A DNA stretch of 64,000 bases from Candidatus Kerfeldbacteria bacterium (GTDB lineage Bacteria; Patescibacteriota; Patescibacteriia; UBA10025; JAHIVO01). The translations under genes and the position numbers were made by a program. Every line of letters starts with the position of its first letter. Within the stretch, counting starts at the first letter, position 1. A model generated the notes under the pieces. That model saw only the letters and a list, made by a program, of their open reading frames with translations, had not been told where the DNA came from and did not search any database. Shown piece by piece: positions 27,967 through 37,799 of this stretch. Location: positions 143,154 to 207,153 of the forward strand of contig CP181398.1 of the NCBI GenBank assembly GCA_047946875.1, written 5' to 3'.

Positions 27967-28271
27967 ATGTTAGTATTTGTGGTGTACTTAATTAAGATGA
28001 TGAAACTTATACTTTTACACAAGATATTTCTGTTACTGATCCCTGTATAGCTATAGCATGGGATAATATATCTTTAAATCTAAATAGTTATACTATTACA
28101 ATTAGTAAGAATGGATATCAAATTGCAACTTATACAATTACGCTAGGAAGTTCTCAAATTTTAAATTTTATATTGATCACAAATTATAGTAGTCAGTTAC
28201 TAGTTGTAGAAGAAGAATATGTTGCTCCAATTATTCCTCAGGTTAGAATAAATGAAGTGGATAACATATAG
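27967..28271 (+). pseudogene. Frameshifted small secreted-protein gene (-1 frameshift)
   Basis: The frame starting at ATG 27967 encodes a 27-aa signal-peptide-like segment (MLVFVVYLIKMMKLILLHKIFLLLIPV*). The frame shifted by -1 then stays open for 92 codons (27996..28271: DETYTFTQDISVTDPCIAIAWDNISLN...) with no start codon of its own. Confidence 0.3.
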
Positions 28272-28303
28272 ACATATAGTAAAAAAATAGTTATGATATT
28301 GGT

Positions 28304-28840
28304 ATGATAAATTTATTAATACTATTTCTTTTATTAATTGGGATTTTAATAATATTTGGTACAGCAATGTATGCAAGTTTTAGTGCTGCTCCTTGGTTAC
28401 CAGTTTTTAAAAAGGATATAAAAAGAATAATCCGATTGGCAAATTTAAAGCCAGGAGAGGTAATTTATGATCTTGGCTCAGGTGATGGTAGAGTTCTTAT
28501 TGGTTTAGCGAATAATTCAGAAGCAAGTAGAGTTATTGGGTATGAAATTTCTTTTCTTTTTTATGTTATTTCATATTTAAGAATTCTTTTTTTAGGCTTA
28601 TCAAATAAAGCTGAAATTATATTCGGAGATTTTTTACGTAGAGATTTAAGCAATGCTGATGTAATTTTTTTCTTTCTTACACCGATGGCAATGAAAAAAT
28701 TAAAACCAAAATTTGAAAAAGAATTAAAAAAGGGAACTCGAATAATATCTTACAGTTTTTCAATACCGGGTTGGGAAAAATTAAAGGTTGATCGTCCTAA
28801 TGAATCAGATATGCCTATACATATATATGTAGTTGACTAG
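28304..28840 (+). CDS. Membrane-anchored class I SAM-dependent methyltransferase
   Basis: N-terminal TM, then motif I VIYDLGSGDGRVLIGLA and post-I acidic residue. Confidence 0.65.
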   Translation: MINLLILFLLLIGILIIFGTAMYASFSAAPWLPVFKKDIKRIIRLANLKPGEVIYDLGSGDGRVLIGLANNSEASRVIGYEISFLFYVISYLRILFLGLSNKAEIIFGDFLRRDLSNADVIFFFLTPMAMKKLKPKFEKELKKGTRIISYSFSIPGWEKLKVDRPNESDMPIHIYVVD

Positions 28841-28948
28841 ATTGGTTATTTTAGATAGAATTGGTATGTAAAAAAAATACAAAAAGTCAACAAAAATACC
28901 AATAAAAACAAATAAAATATAAAATAAAAGAAAAAAGGAGACAAAATA

Positions 28949-29587
28949 ATGATAAAACAAAACAAATTAAACCAAATACAAAAAATGCTTGATACAGCGT
29001 ATGTCTCTATAGAGAATGCACGCCATCTTATGAATCAAATGGTTGGAAAAGAGAACCTAGAAAAAATTGATGTTTCAGATCAGGCAAAAGAAGTTGGTAA
29101 GGTAGAATTTAATGAAGGTGAAAAAATTGTAGAAGGTGTATTCGATGGTCAAAACATGATTGGACCTGATGGTAAACAATATAGTATCCCAGCAAATTAT
29201 GCATCAAAATCAAAATTAGTAGCTGGTGATACTCTTAAACTTACTATATTACCTGATGGAACTTTTTTATATAAACAAATTGGTCCAATAGATCGAAATC
29301 GTCTGGTCGGAATATTGACTAAAGATGATACAACAGATGAGTATAAGGTAATAGTCGGAGAAAAAATCTATAATGTATTATTAGCAAGTATTACATATTT
29401 TAAGGGTGAGGCTGGTGATGAGGTGGTAATATTAACTCCTAAAGATAGAGAATGTGAATGGGCTGCTGTAGAAAATATTATTAAAATTAAGGATAAAGAA
29501 GTAAAGGAAGAAGCAAATGTTACAGCAAAAGAAGTAAAAACTGAATCCGTTTTGGATAATGTTGAGGAGATTGAAGATTTAGACTAG
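28949..29587 (+). CDS. Hypothetical protein
   Basis: 212-aa ORF with a good AGGAGA RBS. No known motif. Confidence 0.6.
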   Translation: MIKQNKLNQIQKMLDTAYVSIENARHLMNQMVGKENLEKIDVSDQAKEVGKVEFNEGEKIVEGVFDGQNMIGPDGKQYSIPANYASKSKLVAGDTLKLTILPDGTFLYKQIGPIDRNRLVGILTKDDTTDEYKVIVGEKIYNVLLASITYFKGEAGDEVVILTPKDRECEWAAVENIIKIKDKEVKEEANVTAKEVKTESVLDNVEEIEDLD

Positions 29588-29672
29588 AAAATATAAATAT
29601 ATACCTAAATTTAGTTGATTTATTGTAGCTATTATTATAGAATATAAAAGCTAACAATAAGTTTATTAATTT

Positions 29673-31292
29673 ATGTCTCAAGCTATATATAGAAAATATC
29701 GTCCAGCGCTTTTTGAAGATTTGGTAGGCCAAAATCACATAAAAGTAACATTACAAAATGAGATTGAGAATAATAGAATAGCTCATGCTTATTTGTTTTC
29801 TGGTCCTCGTGGAGTTGGTAAAACGACTACTGCAAGATTATTAGCTAAAGCAATAAATTGTGAAGACAAGAAAACAACTGAAGCATGTGATAAATGTAGT
29901 TTTTGTAAAGAGATAAATGCAAAACGATCAATGGATGTTATAGAAATTGACGCTGCATCTCATACTGGAGTAGATAATGTTAGAGAAAATATTATTGAGA
30001 ATTCTAGATTTACGCCCCAGCATTTGAAATATAAAGTGTTTATAATTGATGAGGTGCATATGCTATCTTTATCAGCTTTTAATGCATTGCTAAAAACACT
30101 TGAAGAGCCACCTGAACATGTAATTTTTATTCTTGCCACAACAGAGATTCATCGTGTACCAGAGACAATAATTTCTAGATGTCAGCGTTTTGATTTTAAG
30201 CGTGTTAATATTAGCGATTTGATAAGTCGATTGAAATATATAGCTGGTAAAGAAAAGGTAAAAATAGAACAAGCATTATTAGAAAATATTGCCCAACGCG
30301 CAGAAGGGTCAGTAAGAGATGCAGAAGTATTACTTTCCCAAGTTCTTACTTTAGGAGAAAAAGAATTAACTATAGAAAATTCATCTATGGTGATACCTCG
30401 TTCTAATATCAATATGGTTGTTGAGTTATTTTTTTATTTATTAAAGAATGATGGCGCGAGTGCAATATCATTAGTAAATAAACTTATTGATGAAGGTGTT
30501 AACATTCAAGATTTTAATAAAGATTTAGTAGATTTTATGAGACGGGTATTACTATCTAAAGTTAGTAATTCCTCTAATGAATTATCTGGAATTTCTTTAG
30601 ATGAAAAAATTATTAAAGATATTCAAAAACAGGTTATAAATATATCAGTAGGACGTTTGGTAAAAATGATAGAAATTGTTATATCAAAAAATAATGAATT
30701 TAAATATTCGAATATTATACAATTACCGTTAGAGTTAGCTATCTTAGAAATTGTTGATACGGAAGATGATTCTGAAAATGATAATTTACTCAGCCCGCCA
30801 AGTGGGGGACAGAAAAGTGACAAGACTAATATTGCTAAACCTAAAATATTAAAACCTAAATTAGCACCTGATAAAAAAGTAATTAAAAGTGAGACATTAA
30901 CTAACAAAAGTAAATCAGTGCCTCGACCGGCACTTTTTGAAAAAATCAAAGAGTCATGGCTAGAGTATATTACCGGTTTAAGAGAGCATAATCATTCAAT
31001 AAGTATGATCATGAAGGTTGGTGTCCCAGTATCTTTTAAAGATGAAACTTTAACAATAGGTTTTCGTTATAAATTTCACTCTGAAAAAATTGAGGAAGTG
31101 GAGGTTAAGAATATTATTGAAAAATATCTTGAAGAGCAGTTAGGTCAGCATATTAAAATAGCGGTAACTTTGTTATCGGAAAATGAATTTAATAAATATA
31201 TTGATGAGCCTGATTTTTCCAGTAATACATCTAATGTATTAAATCAGGCCGTTGAGGCATTTGGCGGGGAAGTTTCAGAAGAAGAATTATAA
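29673..31292 (+). CDS. dnaX: DNA polymerase III subunit gamma/tau
   Basis: GPRGVGKTT Walker A, zinc module CDKCSFC, DEVHMLS Walker B, and the SRC sensor. Confidence 0.93.
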   Translation: MSQAIYRKYRPALFEDLVGQNHIKVTLQNEIENNRIAHAYLFSGPRGVGKTTTARLLAKAINCEDKKTTEACDKCSFCKEINAKRSMDVIEIDAASHTGVDNVRENIIENSRFTPQHLKYKVFIIDEVHMLSLSAFNALLKTLEEPPEHVIFILATTEIHRVPETIISRCQRFDFKRVNISDLISRLKYIAGKEKVKIEQALLENIAQRAEGSVRDAEVLLSQVLTLGEKELTIENSSMVIPRSNINMVVELFFYLLKNDGASAISLVNKLIDEGVNIQDFNKDLVDFMRRVLLSKVSNSSNELSGISLDEKIIKDIQKQVINISVGRLVKMIEIVISKNNEFKYSNIIQLPLELAILEIVDTEDDSENDNLLSPPSGGQKSDKTNIAKPKILKPKLAPDKKVIKSETLTNKSKSVPRPALFEKIKESWLEYITGLREHNHSISMIMKVGVPVSFKDETLTIGFRYKFHSEKIEEVEVKNIIEKYLEEQLGQHIKIAVTLLSENEFNKYIDEPDFSSNTSNVLNQAVEAFGGEVSEEEL

Positions 31293-31394
31293 AATAATGC
31301 GGGATCGACTACCTTCGCATATATGCTACGGCAGGCAGGTCTAATGGTAGGGTTATAGTTGTTAAATTTATTCTAAACTATAGTTCTAAATATT

Positions 31395-31465
31395 ATTAAT
31401 TCAATGCGGGATCGTCTAATGGTAGGACAGCGGCCTCTGAAGCCGCTAATCCTGGTTCGAGTCCA
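31395..31465 (+). tRNA. tRNA-Gln (anticodon CUG)
   Basis: Acceptor stem TGCGGGA/TCCCGCA, D-arm TCTAATGGTAGGA, anticodon stem-loop GCGGC-CUCUGAA-GCCGC with anticodon CUG, T-arm CCTGGTTCGAGTCCAGG, and discriminator G. CCA is not encoded. Confidence 0.85.
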
Positions 31466-31738
31466 GGTCCCGCAGAATTTAAACAGTTAAAATATCATAA
31501 AATAAAAATATAATTAGGGCACTTGCCCTACTAATAATTGGGAGGTCCAGGCTTGCCTGCCGATAGGCAGGTCCCGCAATTTAATCAATAAAAAAAGTCC
31601 TTTAGTATTAAAGAACTTGGATTTTTTTATTTGATTGTTATACTTTTGGATAGCACTATTAGCTATTTTAAAAGCATTATGATAGGGTGTATTTGTAAAG
31701 AGTAATATAGTTACTCTTGTTTTTTTACTATAAATGTT

Positions 31739-33010
31739 ATGAAAAATGAAAATACATCTAATTTTTATGGGCTCGGATTAGCTCCGAAACTTCTTGATAT
31801 ATTAGATAATAATAAGTTTACAACTCCGACGCCAATCCAAGAAAAAACTATCCCTTTGTTAATTGAAGGAAAAGATCTTATTGGTATTGCTCAAACAGGG
31901 ACTGGCAAAACGTTGGCTTTTGGTATTCCGATGATGCAAAATATTGCACGTTTAAAAACACGTGGACTTATCTTAGTGCCTACAAGAGAGTTAGCAGCAC
32001 AAGTTAATGAAGTATTATTACAGCTTGGTAAATCATTGGGTCTGAAAACTGTCGTTATAGTTGGTGGCGCTCCTTCACATCCACAGAAAAAAGCACTTCG
32101 AACTAAACCACATATTATTGTTGCTACACCTGGACGATTGATTGACCATCTTTCACAAAATAAATCATTACTAGAGGATATCGGTATTTTAGTACTTGAT
32201 GAAGCGGATCGTATGTTAGATATGGGGTTTGCTCCGCAGATAGAAAAAATACTTATTAAAACATCAAAAAAAAGACAGACCATGTTATTTTCTGCTACTA
32301 TGCCACAATCGATTGTTGCTATAGCTAATAAACATATGAGTTTGCCTTTGCGTGTAGAGATAGATCAGCCTGGTACTACTGTTAAAGAGATTGATCAAGA
32401 AGTAATTTTCCTCTCTGTTAGTGATAAGATAAAAATGTTAGAGATAATGCTCAATCGTTATCGTGGATCAATATTAGTTTTTTCTAGGACGAAACATGGC
32501 GCCAAAAAATTAACTACAAAGATTCGTGCTATGCATTATACTGTTGCTGAAATTCATTCAAACAGAAGTTTGGCTCAGCGGAAATTTGCTATTGAAGGAT
32601 TCAAAAAAGGTTCACATCGAATATTGGTAGCGACAGATATTGCTGCTCGAGGGATTGATGTGAATAACATTGAGTTAGTAATAAATTATGATTTGCCAAG
32701 TACACCTGATGATTATGTTCATCGTATAGGGCGAACAGCCAGAGCTGGTAAAAAGGGTAAAGCAGTTTCATTTGCTACTATGGATCAGCAAAGAGATGTT
32801 CAAGATATTGAAAGGTTGATAAAAATGCAACTTGCTGTTGGTGCAGAAAGTTTAACACCAAAACCTGTACAACGAGGAGGACGTCAACAACGAGGTGGTA
32901 ATTCTAATAACCGTTCAAACTCATACAAAAGAAGAAATAACTCAGGTAATTCTGGTAGATCACACAATAAAAGAAGATATCCAAAGTCTAAGGGGTTTAA
33001 GCGTTTTTAA
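31739..33010 (+). CDS. DEAD-box ATP-dependent RNA helicase with basic RGG/KRR C-terminal tail
   Basis: Q-motif TPIQ, AQTGTGKT, DEAD (VLDEADRMLDMGF), SAT, and HRIGRTARAG. Confidence 0.93.
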   Translation: MKNENTSNFYGLGLAPKLLDILDNNKFTTPTPIQEKTIPLLIEGKDLIGIAQTGTGKTLAFGIPMMQNIARLKTRGLILVPTRELAAQVNEVLLQLGKSLGLKTVVIVGGAPSHPQKKALRTKPHIIVATPGRLIDHLSQNKSLLEDIGILVLDEADRMLDMGFAPQIEKILIKTSKKRQTMLFSATMPQSIVAIANKHMSLPLRVEIDQPGTTVKEIDQEVIFLSVSDKIKMLEIMLNRYRGSILVFSRTKHGAKKLTTKIRAMHYTVAEIHSNRSLAQRKFAIEGFKKGSHRILVATDIAARGIDVNNIELVINYDLPSTPDDYVHRIGRTARAGKKGKAVSFATMDQQRDVQDIERLIKMQLAVGAESLTPKPVQRGGRQQRGGNSNNRSNSYKRRNNSGNSGRSHNKRRYPKSKGFKRF

Positions 33011-33087
33011 AAAAACCAGCCAAAAAGAAGAAATAGTTAATGATTTTAAAAACACGTATTGAAATAAGTAGGTGTTTTTAGTTTAAA

Positions 33088-33121
33088 ATAAAAAACCCGG
33101 TGCTTGTAAAAACATCGGGTT
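33088..33121 (-). terminator. Terminator for the 33131..34612 gene (minus strand)
   Basis: ACCCG-atgtttttacaagcac-CGGGT hairpin followed by a U-run on the minus strand. Confidence 0.55.
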
Positions 33122-33130
33122 AACTTTTGA

Positions 33131-34612
33131 TTATATCGAACATCTACTTAATAGATAGTTAAATACATCATCAACAGTATAATCATCATCTTCGTTATGC
33201 ATAAGGTGCTGAAGAAAATCTAAATTCTGACCTTGTGTTACTATTGGTGGTTCGAGTAATCCTTGTAGTAGACGTTGACCTAAATCAACGGTTGAAAATA
33301 GACCATTACAGAGACATCCGCGTCCGATCGTATCTTCGATTCGACCTTCTTTGAAGACGTAGGCCTTTTCTGGTTCTGCGGGACATCGGTATCCTACCGT
33401 ACCATTATCTCGAAGATAAGGTTGGATAAGTCCACCAATATCACATATTCGTCTACGTAATGTGTAGATTGTAGAATCTCCAATAGTGCCTGGTATCCGA
33501 GCAACTTTGAACGTAAAACCGGTCGGGGAAATACGTGGATCATTGAAGATAATTAGTCTTCGGTTATATGCTTCCTTCCGTATGTAATTACAGATAATCG
33601 TATTAATACCAGATATATCGCAGAGACTAAAGATGGTTCCTACTTGGATACCTATGGCTCCTAGTGATTGGGCTTGTGCTAGTGCTTCTGGGCTGGCACA
33701 AGCTCCTGCACGGTAAAAAGGGAGTCCAATATCTCTGAGTAGTTGGTAATCAAATTCATCACGTTTACCGTAAATTGGTTGACCGTCATCAGTTAGGATA
33801 ACTTTACCGCGTGGGTTCATACTATGCCCACCAGCATCAGAGGCTTCTTCCACCCAGCCATCGATTTTTTGATCGTTGGATCTTGTCATCGCCTGTGCAA
33901 TCACGGCTGATGAAATGATTGGGAAAAAGTAAGGTCTCTTAAGTTTTGGTAACGGACAATGCATAAATTCCCGAGGGTTGAATTTCATCAGAAATTTTTT
34001 CGTATTTTTTGCACCAATAACGTGGATCTCATAAGTTGCGGGATTATGTTTTAGCAATTGATCCAGAATGCCTGATATCTGTGTTGCGATACCAGCTCCG
34101 ATAAAAAGGTAATTTCCATGCGCCAATAGCATACCGTATAGAGCGAAAATAAGTGGCATTTGTAGCTTTTCAAGGTAGTTAACACCTACCTTGCCTTTAT
34201 GACCTTCTTTTGCTAACCAAATCTGACAAAAGTTAGAAATTATCACTAGCTCAATTAAATCCCGTGAAGGAGTTAAGGTAAAGTGTTCAATATATTTGAA
34301 CGGTGTGGTTGGAGATATTCCGCCATCTACGTAATATCGTTCTAAAATTCTTGTGGCCATTTCTTGGTCAGGGAAAGCGGCCAAAGCTCTTCGGTAGTGA
34401 CCACCAGGATCGCCGTTTTGAAGAATACGTGGCACTACAATGTGTATGCCTGTGCCTGAGACGACACCAAGTCCTTCTTCATGTTGGGAAACTTCACGGA
34501 CAATTTTCTCTTGAGAGACATAGATGCCCATGCCACCACATATAATAGTTGGATGTCGGCGCATCCAAGTACGTATTTTTAGCCAAATGCGATGTATTAG
34601 TTTTGTTAGCAC
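33131..34612 (-). CDS. TIM-barrel flavin-dependent oxidoreductase, nitronate monooxygenase / PfaD-like enoyl reductase family (GC-rich, possibly acquired)
   Basis: 493 aa with Gly-rich nucleotide/FMN loops (ICGGMGIYVS, IGAGIATQ). Codon GC is clearly above that of neighbours. The family assignment is by motif resemblance only. Confidence 0.5.
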   Translation of the reverse strand: MLTKLIHRIWLKIRTWMRRHPTIICGGMGIYVSQEKIVREVSQHEEGLGVVSGTGIHIVVPRILQNGDPGGHYRRALAAFPDQEMATRILERYYVDGGISPTTPFKYIEHFTLTPSRDLIELVIISNFCQIWLAKEGHKGKVGVNYLEKLQMPLIFALYGMLLAHGNYLFIGAGIATQISGILDQLLKHNPATYEIHVIGAKNTKKFLMKFNPREFMHCPLPKLKRPYFFPIISSAVIAQAMTRSNDQKIDGWVEEASDAGGHSMNPRGKVILTDDGQPIYGKRDEFDYQLLRDIGLPFYRAGACASPEALAQAQSLGAIGIQVGTIFSLCDISGINTIICNYIRKEAYNRRLIIFNDPRISPTGFTFKVARIPGTIGDSTIYTLRRRICDIGGLIQPYLRDNGTVGYRCPAEPEKAYVFKEGRIEDTIGRGCLCNGLFSTVDLGQRLLQGLLEPPIVTQGQNLDFLQHLMHNEDDDYTVDDVFNYLLSRCSI

Positions 34613-34883
34613 CAGGTGCGCTCCTTTCCTTTTATGTATATGTTAAAAAGCTATTTTTTTTAATAATATCTGTCATTTAACTATAATATCTATAGTATAG
34701 TTTTATGCAGTATTTAAGCCTAACATAGTCAAAATATGTTAACAAGTTTATTTTAAAGGCATTAATCATTAATTACTTGAAATAATATCGATATAAGTGT
34801 AAGCTAGTATAATTATTTAAATAGCTACTATATTTTAATGGGGGGATTTATATTTCGTTTCCTTTGTTATTGTTAAAAATATT

Positions 34884-35699
34884 ATGAATAGAGAAATATT
34901 AAAATTAAAAAATGTAAATAAAACCTTTTTTGAAGAAGAAAATTTTGAAGTACTAAATGATGTAAGTTTAACTGCAAAAGATGGAGAGTTTGTTTGTATT
35001 TTAGGTCCAAGTGGTTGTGGTAAGACAATTTTATTGTATTTGATTGCTGGATTTTTAACCCCTACTTCAGGAGAAATAACTTTAAACGATAAAATAATTA
35101 CAAAGCCTGGTACTGACAGAATGATGGTCTTTCAAGATTATATATTATTTCCATGGAAAACTGTATACGAAAATATTTTATTTGGACTTTATCACAGTAA
35201 TATTGATGAAGATCAAAAAAAAGAAATAGTGATGAATCATTTGGAGCTTGTTGGATTAACCAAATTTAAAGATTGGTATATTCATAAATTGTCTGGAGGA
35301 ATGCAACAAAAAGTCTCTATCGCTAGGGCTTTAGTCGTCAATCCTGAAATTTTACTTATGGACGAGCCTTTTTCTGCTATTGATTCCCAATATAGAAAAT
35401 TTTTGAGACAGAGTTTAGAGAAAATTTGGCAGCAAAAGAAAAAAACAATTATTTTTGTAACTCATAGTATTACTGAAGCATTAAAATTAGCAGACAAAAT
35501 TTACGTAATGAGTGCTAGACCAGCTGTCGTAAAGGAAATTGTGGATATTAACTTGCCAAGACCTAGAGATAGGTCGAGTAGAGAATTTATAAATTTAGCA
35601 GCAGAATTAAATAATCTAGTTTTAAAAGAGTTCGAATTAATGATGTCCAGTCAATCTACTGAGAAATCATTAGGAGAGCTATTGAAAGGAAATTTTTAG
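34884..35699 (+). CDS. ABC transporter ATP-binding protein (NitT/TauT family)
   Basis: Walker A LGPSGCGKT, signature LSGGMQQKVSIARAL, Walker B ILLMDEPFSAID. Confidence 0.9.
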   Translation: MNREILKLKNVNKTFFEEENFEVLNDVSLTAKDGEFVCILGPSGCGKTILLYLIAGFLTPTSGEITLNDKIITKPGTDRMMVFQDYILFPWKTVYENILFGLYHSNIDEDQKKEIVMNHLELVGLTKFKDWYIHKLSGGMQQKVSIARALVVNPEILLMDEPFSAIDSQYRKFLRQSLEKIWQQKKKTIIFVTHSITEALKLADKIYVMSARPAVVKEIVDINLPRPRDRSSREFINLAAELNNLVLKEFELMMSSQSTEKSLGELLKGNF

Positions 35700-35700
35700 T

Positions 35701-36729
35701 ATGTTTAAAAAAATGTCAAAAGTAGAGCAAGTTTTAATAATTGTAGCTATAATAGTGATTTGTTTTTTATTATTTAGTTCTAATACTACAGAAACCAGAC
35801 CAACTATAAAAATTGGGTATAATAGTCAAAGTGTAAACTATGGTCCAATGATGATTGGTATAGAAAAAGGATATTTTGAGAATGATGACTACAATATTGA
35901 AGTAGTAGCATTAAAGTCAGGAAAAGATATCAGACAAGGCGCGGCTACTGGTCAGTTGGACTTAGGATTATCTAGTGCGTCAAATTTTTTCACTATTATT
36001 GCGGCCGATGCGCCAGTAAAAATTATTGCTCCTGTTGCAGTTTCTAATACATTGTTATTCGTAAGGCCTGACGATGGTATTGAAACTTTTGAAGATTTAA
36101 AAGGTAAAGTAATACAAGGAGGGAAGTCTGGCCAATCTGAATTTGTTTTTGTTAGGGCATTAAAAATTGAAGGTATTGATATTTCGGAGATAGAATTTCT
36201 AGATATTGATAAAGGATTTAGACCATTAGCTTTGATGGAGCAAAAAGTATTAGATGCTATACCTGGCAGTAGTTATAACAAAGGTAATTTTGATGATTTT
36301 GGAATAGCGGTTCATAAAGAATGGGTAGAAAAAGGTTATGGAGATACATCTTGGCCAAATACGGTCATTGCCACTAATACCGAATTTCTTGAAAATAATA
36401 ATGAGGTTATTGAATTTATTCTTGGTGCATTGATTAAATCGCATGAATATTTTGAGAATAATACAGAAGATTCCGCCCAGTTAATAGCAGACCATATAAA
36501 TCGAGAAAGCTTGGAAACAGCAGAATATACAAAAGAAGAGGTACTAATCTCATTGAATAGTGGTCTTAATTTTTCGTTATGGTATGACCCATCACAATTA
36601 GTGGATATGGCGCAAACGTCTTTCGAAAGTGGTGCACTGGAAAAGAATTTGACTCAGGATGATTTATTAGATTTGCGATATGAGGAATTATTAAAGAAAG
36701 CGCAAGATGAAATATACGATCAAGATTAA
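35701..36729 (+). CDS. ABC transporter substrate-binding protein (NMT1/SsuA-like)
   Basis: N-terminal TM/signal anchor. Periplasmic-binding-protein-like fold sits between the ATPase and permease genes. Confidence 0.65.
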   Translation: MFKKMSKVEQVLIIVAIIVICFLLFSSNTTETRPTIKIGYNSQSVNYGPMMIGIEKGYFENDDYNIEVVALKSGKDIRQGAATGQLDLGLSSASNFFTIIAADAPVKIIAPVAVSNTLLFVRPDDGIETFEDLKGKVIQGGKSGQSEFVFVRALKIEGIDISEIEFLDIDKGFRPLALMEQKVLDAIPGSSYNKGNFDDFGIAVHKEWVEKGYGDTSWPNTVIATNTEFLENNNEVIEFILGALIKSHEYFENNTEDSAQLIADHINRESLETAEYTKEEVLISLNSGLNFSLWYDPSQLVDMAQTSFESGALEKNLTQDDLLDLRYEELLKKAQDEIYDQD

Positions 36730-37495
36730 AGACAAATTATTAGCAGCAATTCCATTCGTATTGGTATTAGTCATTTGGTATGTATTTTATTATTTCAAAA
36801 TAACGCCACAGTGGTTAATACCATCTCCGCAAGAAACTTTCGTTACTTTTGTTGAATTGATCAAGGATGGAACAATATTTGAATTAGTGTTGGTCAGCGC
36901 CTCTAATGCTATTCCTGCTTTTTTATTGTCATTAGTAGCTGCAGTATTATTTGGTACTTTGATCGGGATTAATGATACGATTAGAAAAATATGTTTTCCT
37001 TTTTTATCTGCATTTTACCCAGTTCCATCTTTGGCTTGGTTGCCATTGATAATATTGTTTATAGGATTTACTAAAGAAGCAATCTGGTTGGTAATATTTA
37101 TTTCTAGTTTTAGGAAAATAATTTACAATGTTATAGCTGGCGTTAGGAATGTGAAGGGGAGTTGGATTTTGGCCGGTAAGAATTTGGGATTAAGTAAATT
37201 CGAAATTGTGATGAAGATCATTTTGCCCGGAGCTTTCCCCCAGATAATGACAGGAATAAGAATGGGGTTTGGTTCTTCGTGGAGATCATTAATAAGCGCA
37301 GAGATGCTTATTGCTACTGCAGGTGGACTTGGTAAATTTATATGGATGGCACAATGGTTTCTAAGTTTTGAAAAAGTAATTATCGGTATAGCTATCATTG
37401 CATTGATTGGGCTGGGTATTGAGGAATTAGTATTCAAAAAATTGGAGAAAAAAACACTAGAAAAATGGGGTTTTATTAAAGAACAAAGTAGTTAG
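36707..37495 (+). CDS. ABC transporter permease (SsuC/TauC-like)
   Basis: 6 TM helices and the EAA-like loop of binding-protein-dependent permeases. Overlaps the stop of the SBP gene. Confidence 0.85.
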   Translation: MKYTIKIKDKLLAAIPFVLVLVIWYVFYYFKITPQWLIPSPQETFVTFVELIKDGTIFELVLVSASNAIPAFLLSLVAAVLFGTLIGINDTIRKICFPFLSAFYPVPSLAWLPLIILFIGFTKEAIWLVIFISSFRKIIYNVIAGVRNVKGSWILAGKNLGLSKFEIVMKIILPGAFPQIMTGIRMGFGSSWRSLISAEMLIATAGGLGKFIWMAQWFLSFEKVIIGIAIIALIGLGIEELVFKKLEKKTLEKWGFIKEQSS

Positions 37496-37549
37496 TCTAT
37501 ATATTTGCTATTTTTTAGCAAATGGGGCACAATATGGGTAGAATAACAT

Positions 37550-37741
37550 ATGGACGGAACTATTAGGGAAAATATAAACATAGGCCAAGACGTGGCCGTG
37601 GTAAAAAAAGAAGACCAAAGAACCGGACAACTAACCCAAGGTGTTGTTCTGGATATTTTAACTAATTCAGCAAATCATCCTCATGGTATCAAAGTGAGAT
37701 TAGAGTCGGGAATTGTCGGAAGAGTTAAAGAAATTTTATAA
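37550..37741 (+). CDS. Small protein, YwbE/DUF2196-like
   Basis: 63 aa, MDGTIRENINIGQDVAVVKKEDQRTGQLTQGVVLDILTNSANHPHGIKVRLESGIVGRVKEI. The family assignment is recalled and moderately confident. Confidence 0.5.
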   Translation: MDGTIRENINIGQDVAVVKKEDQRTGQLTQGVVLDILTNSANHPHGIKVRLESGIVGRVKEIL

Positions 37742-37799
37742 ATAATTAATTCCCGTAAAGTCAGATTAGGCTTTACTGGAAACTAAATAGAAAAAATAT

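Noticed and set aside
31290-31360. A second tRNA gene upstream of tRNA-Gln
   Set aside because: It contains only the 5' acceptor strand and D-arm of tRNA-Gln with a 32-nt insertion and no anticodon or T-arm. It cannot fold into a cloverleaf, so it is reported as a fragment, not a tRNA.
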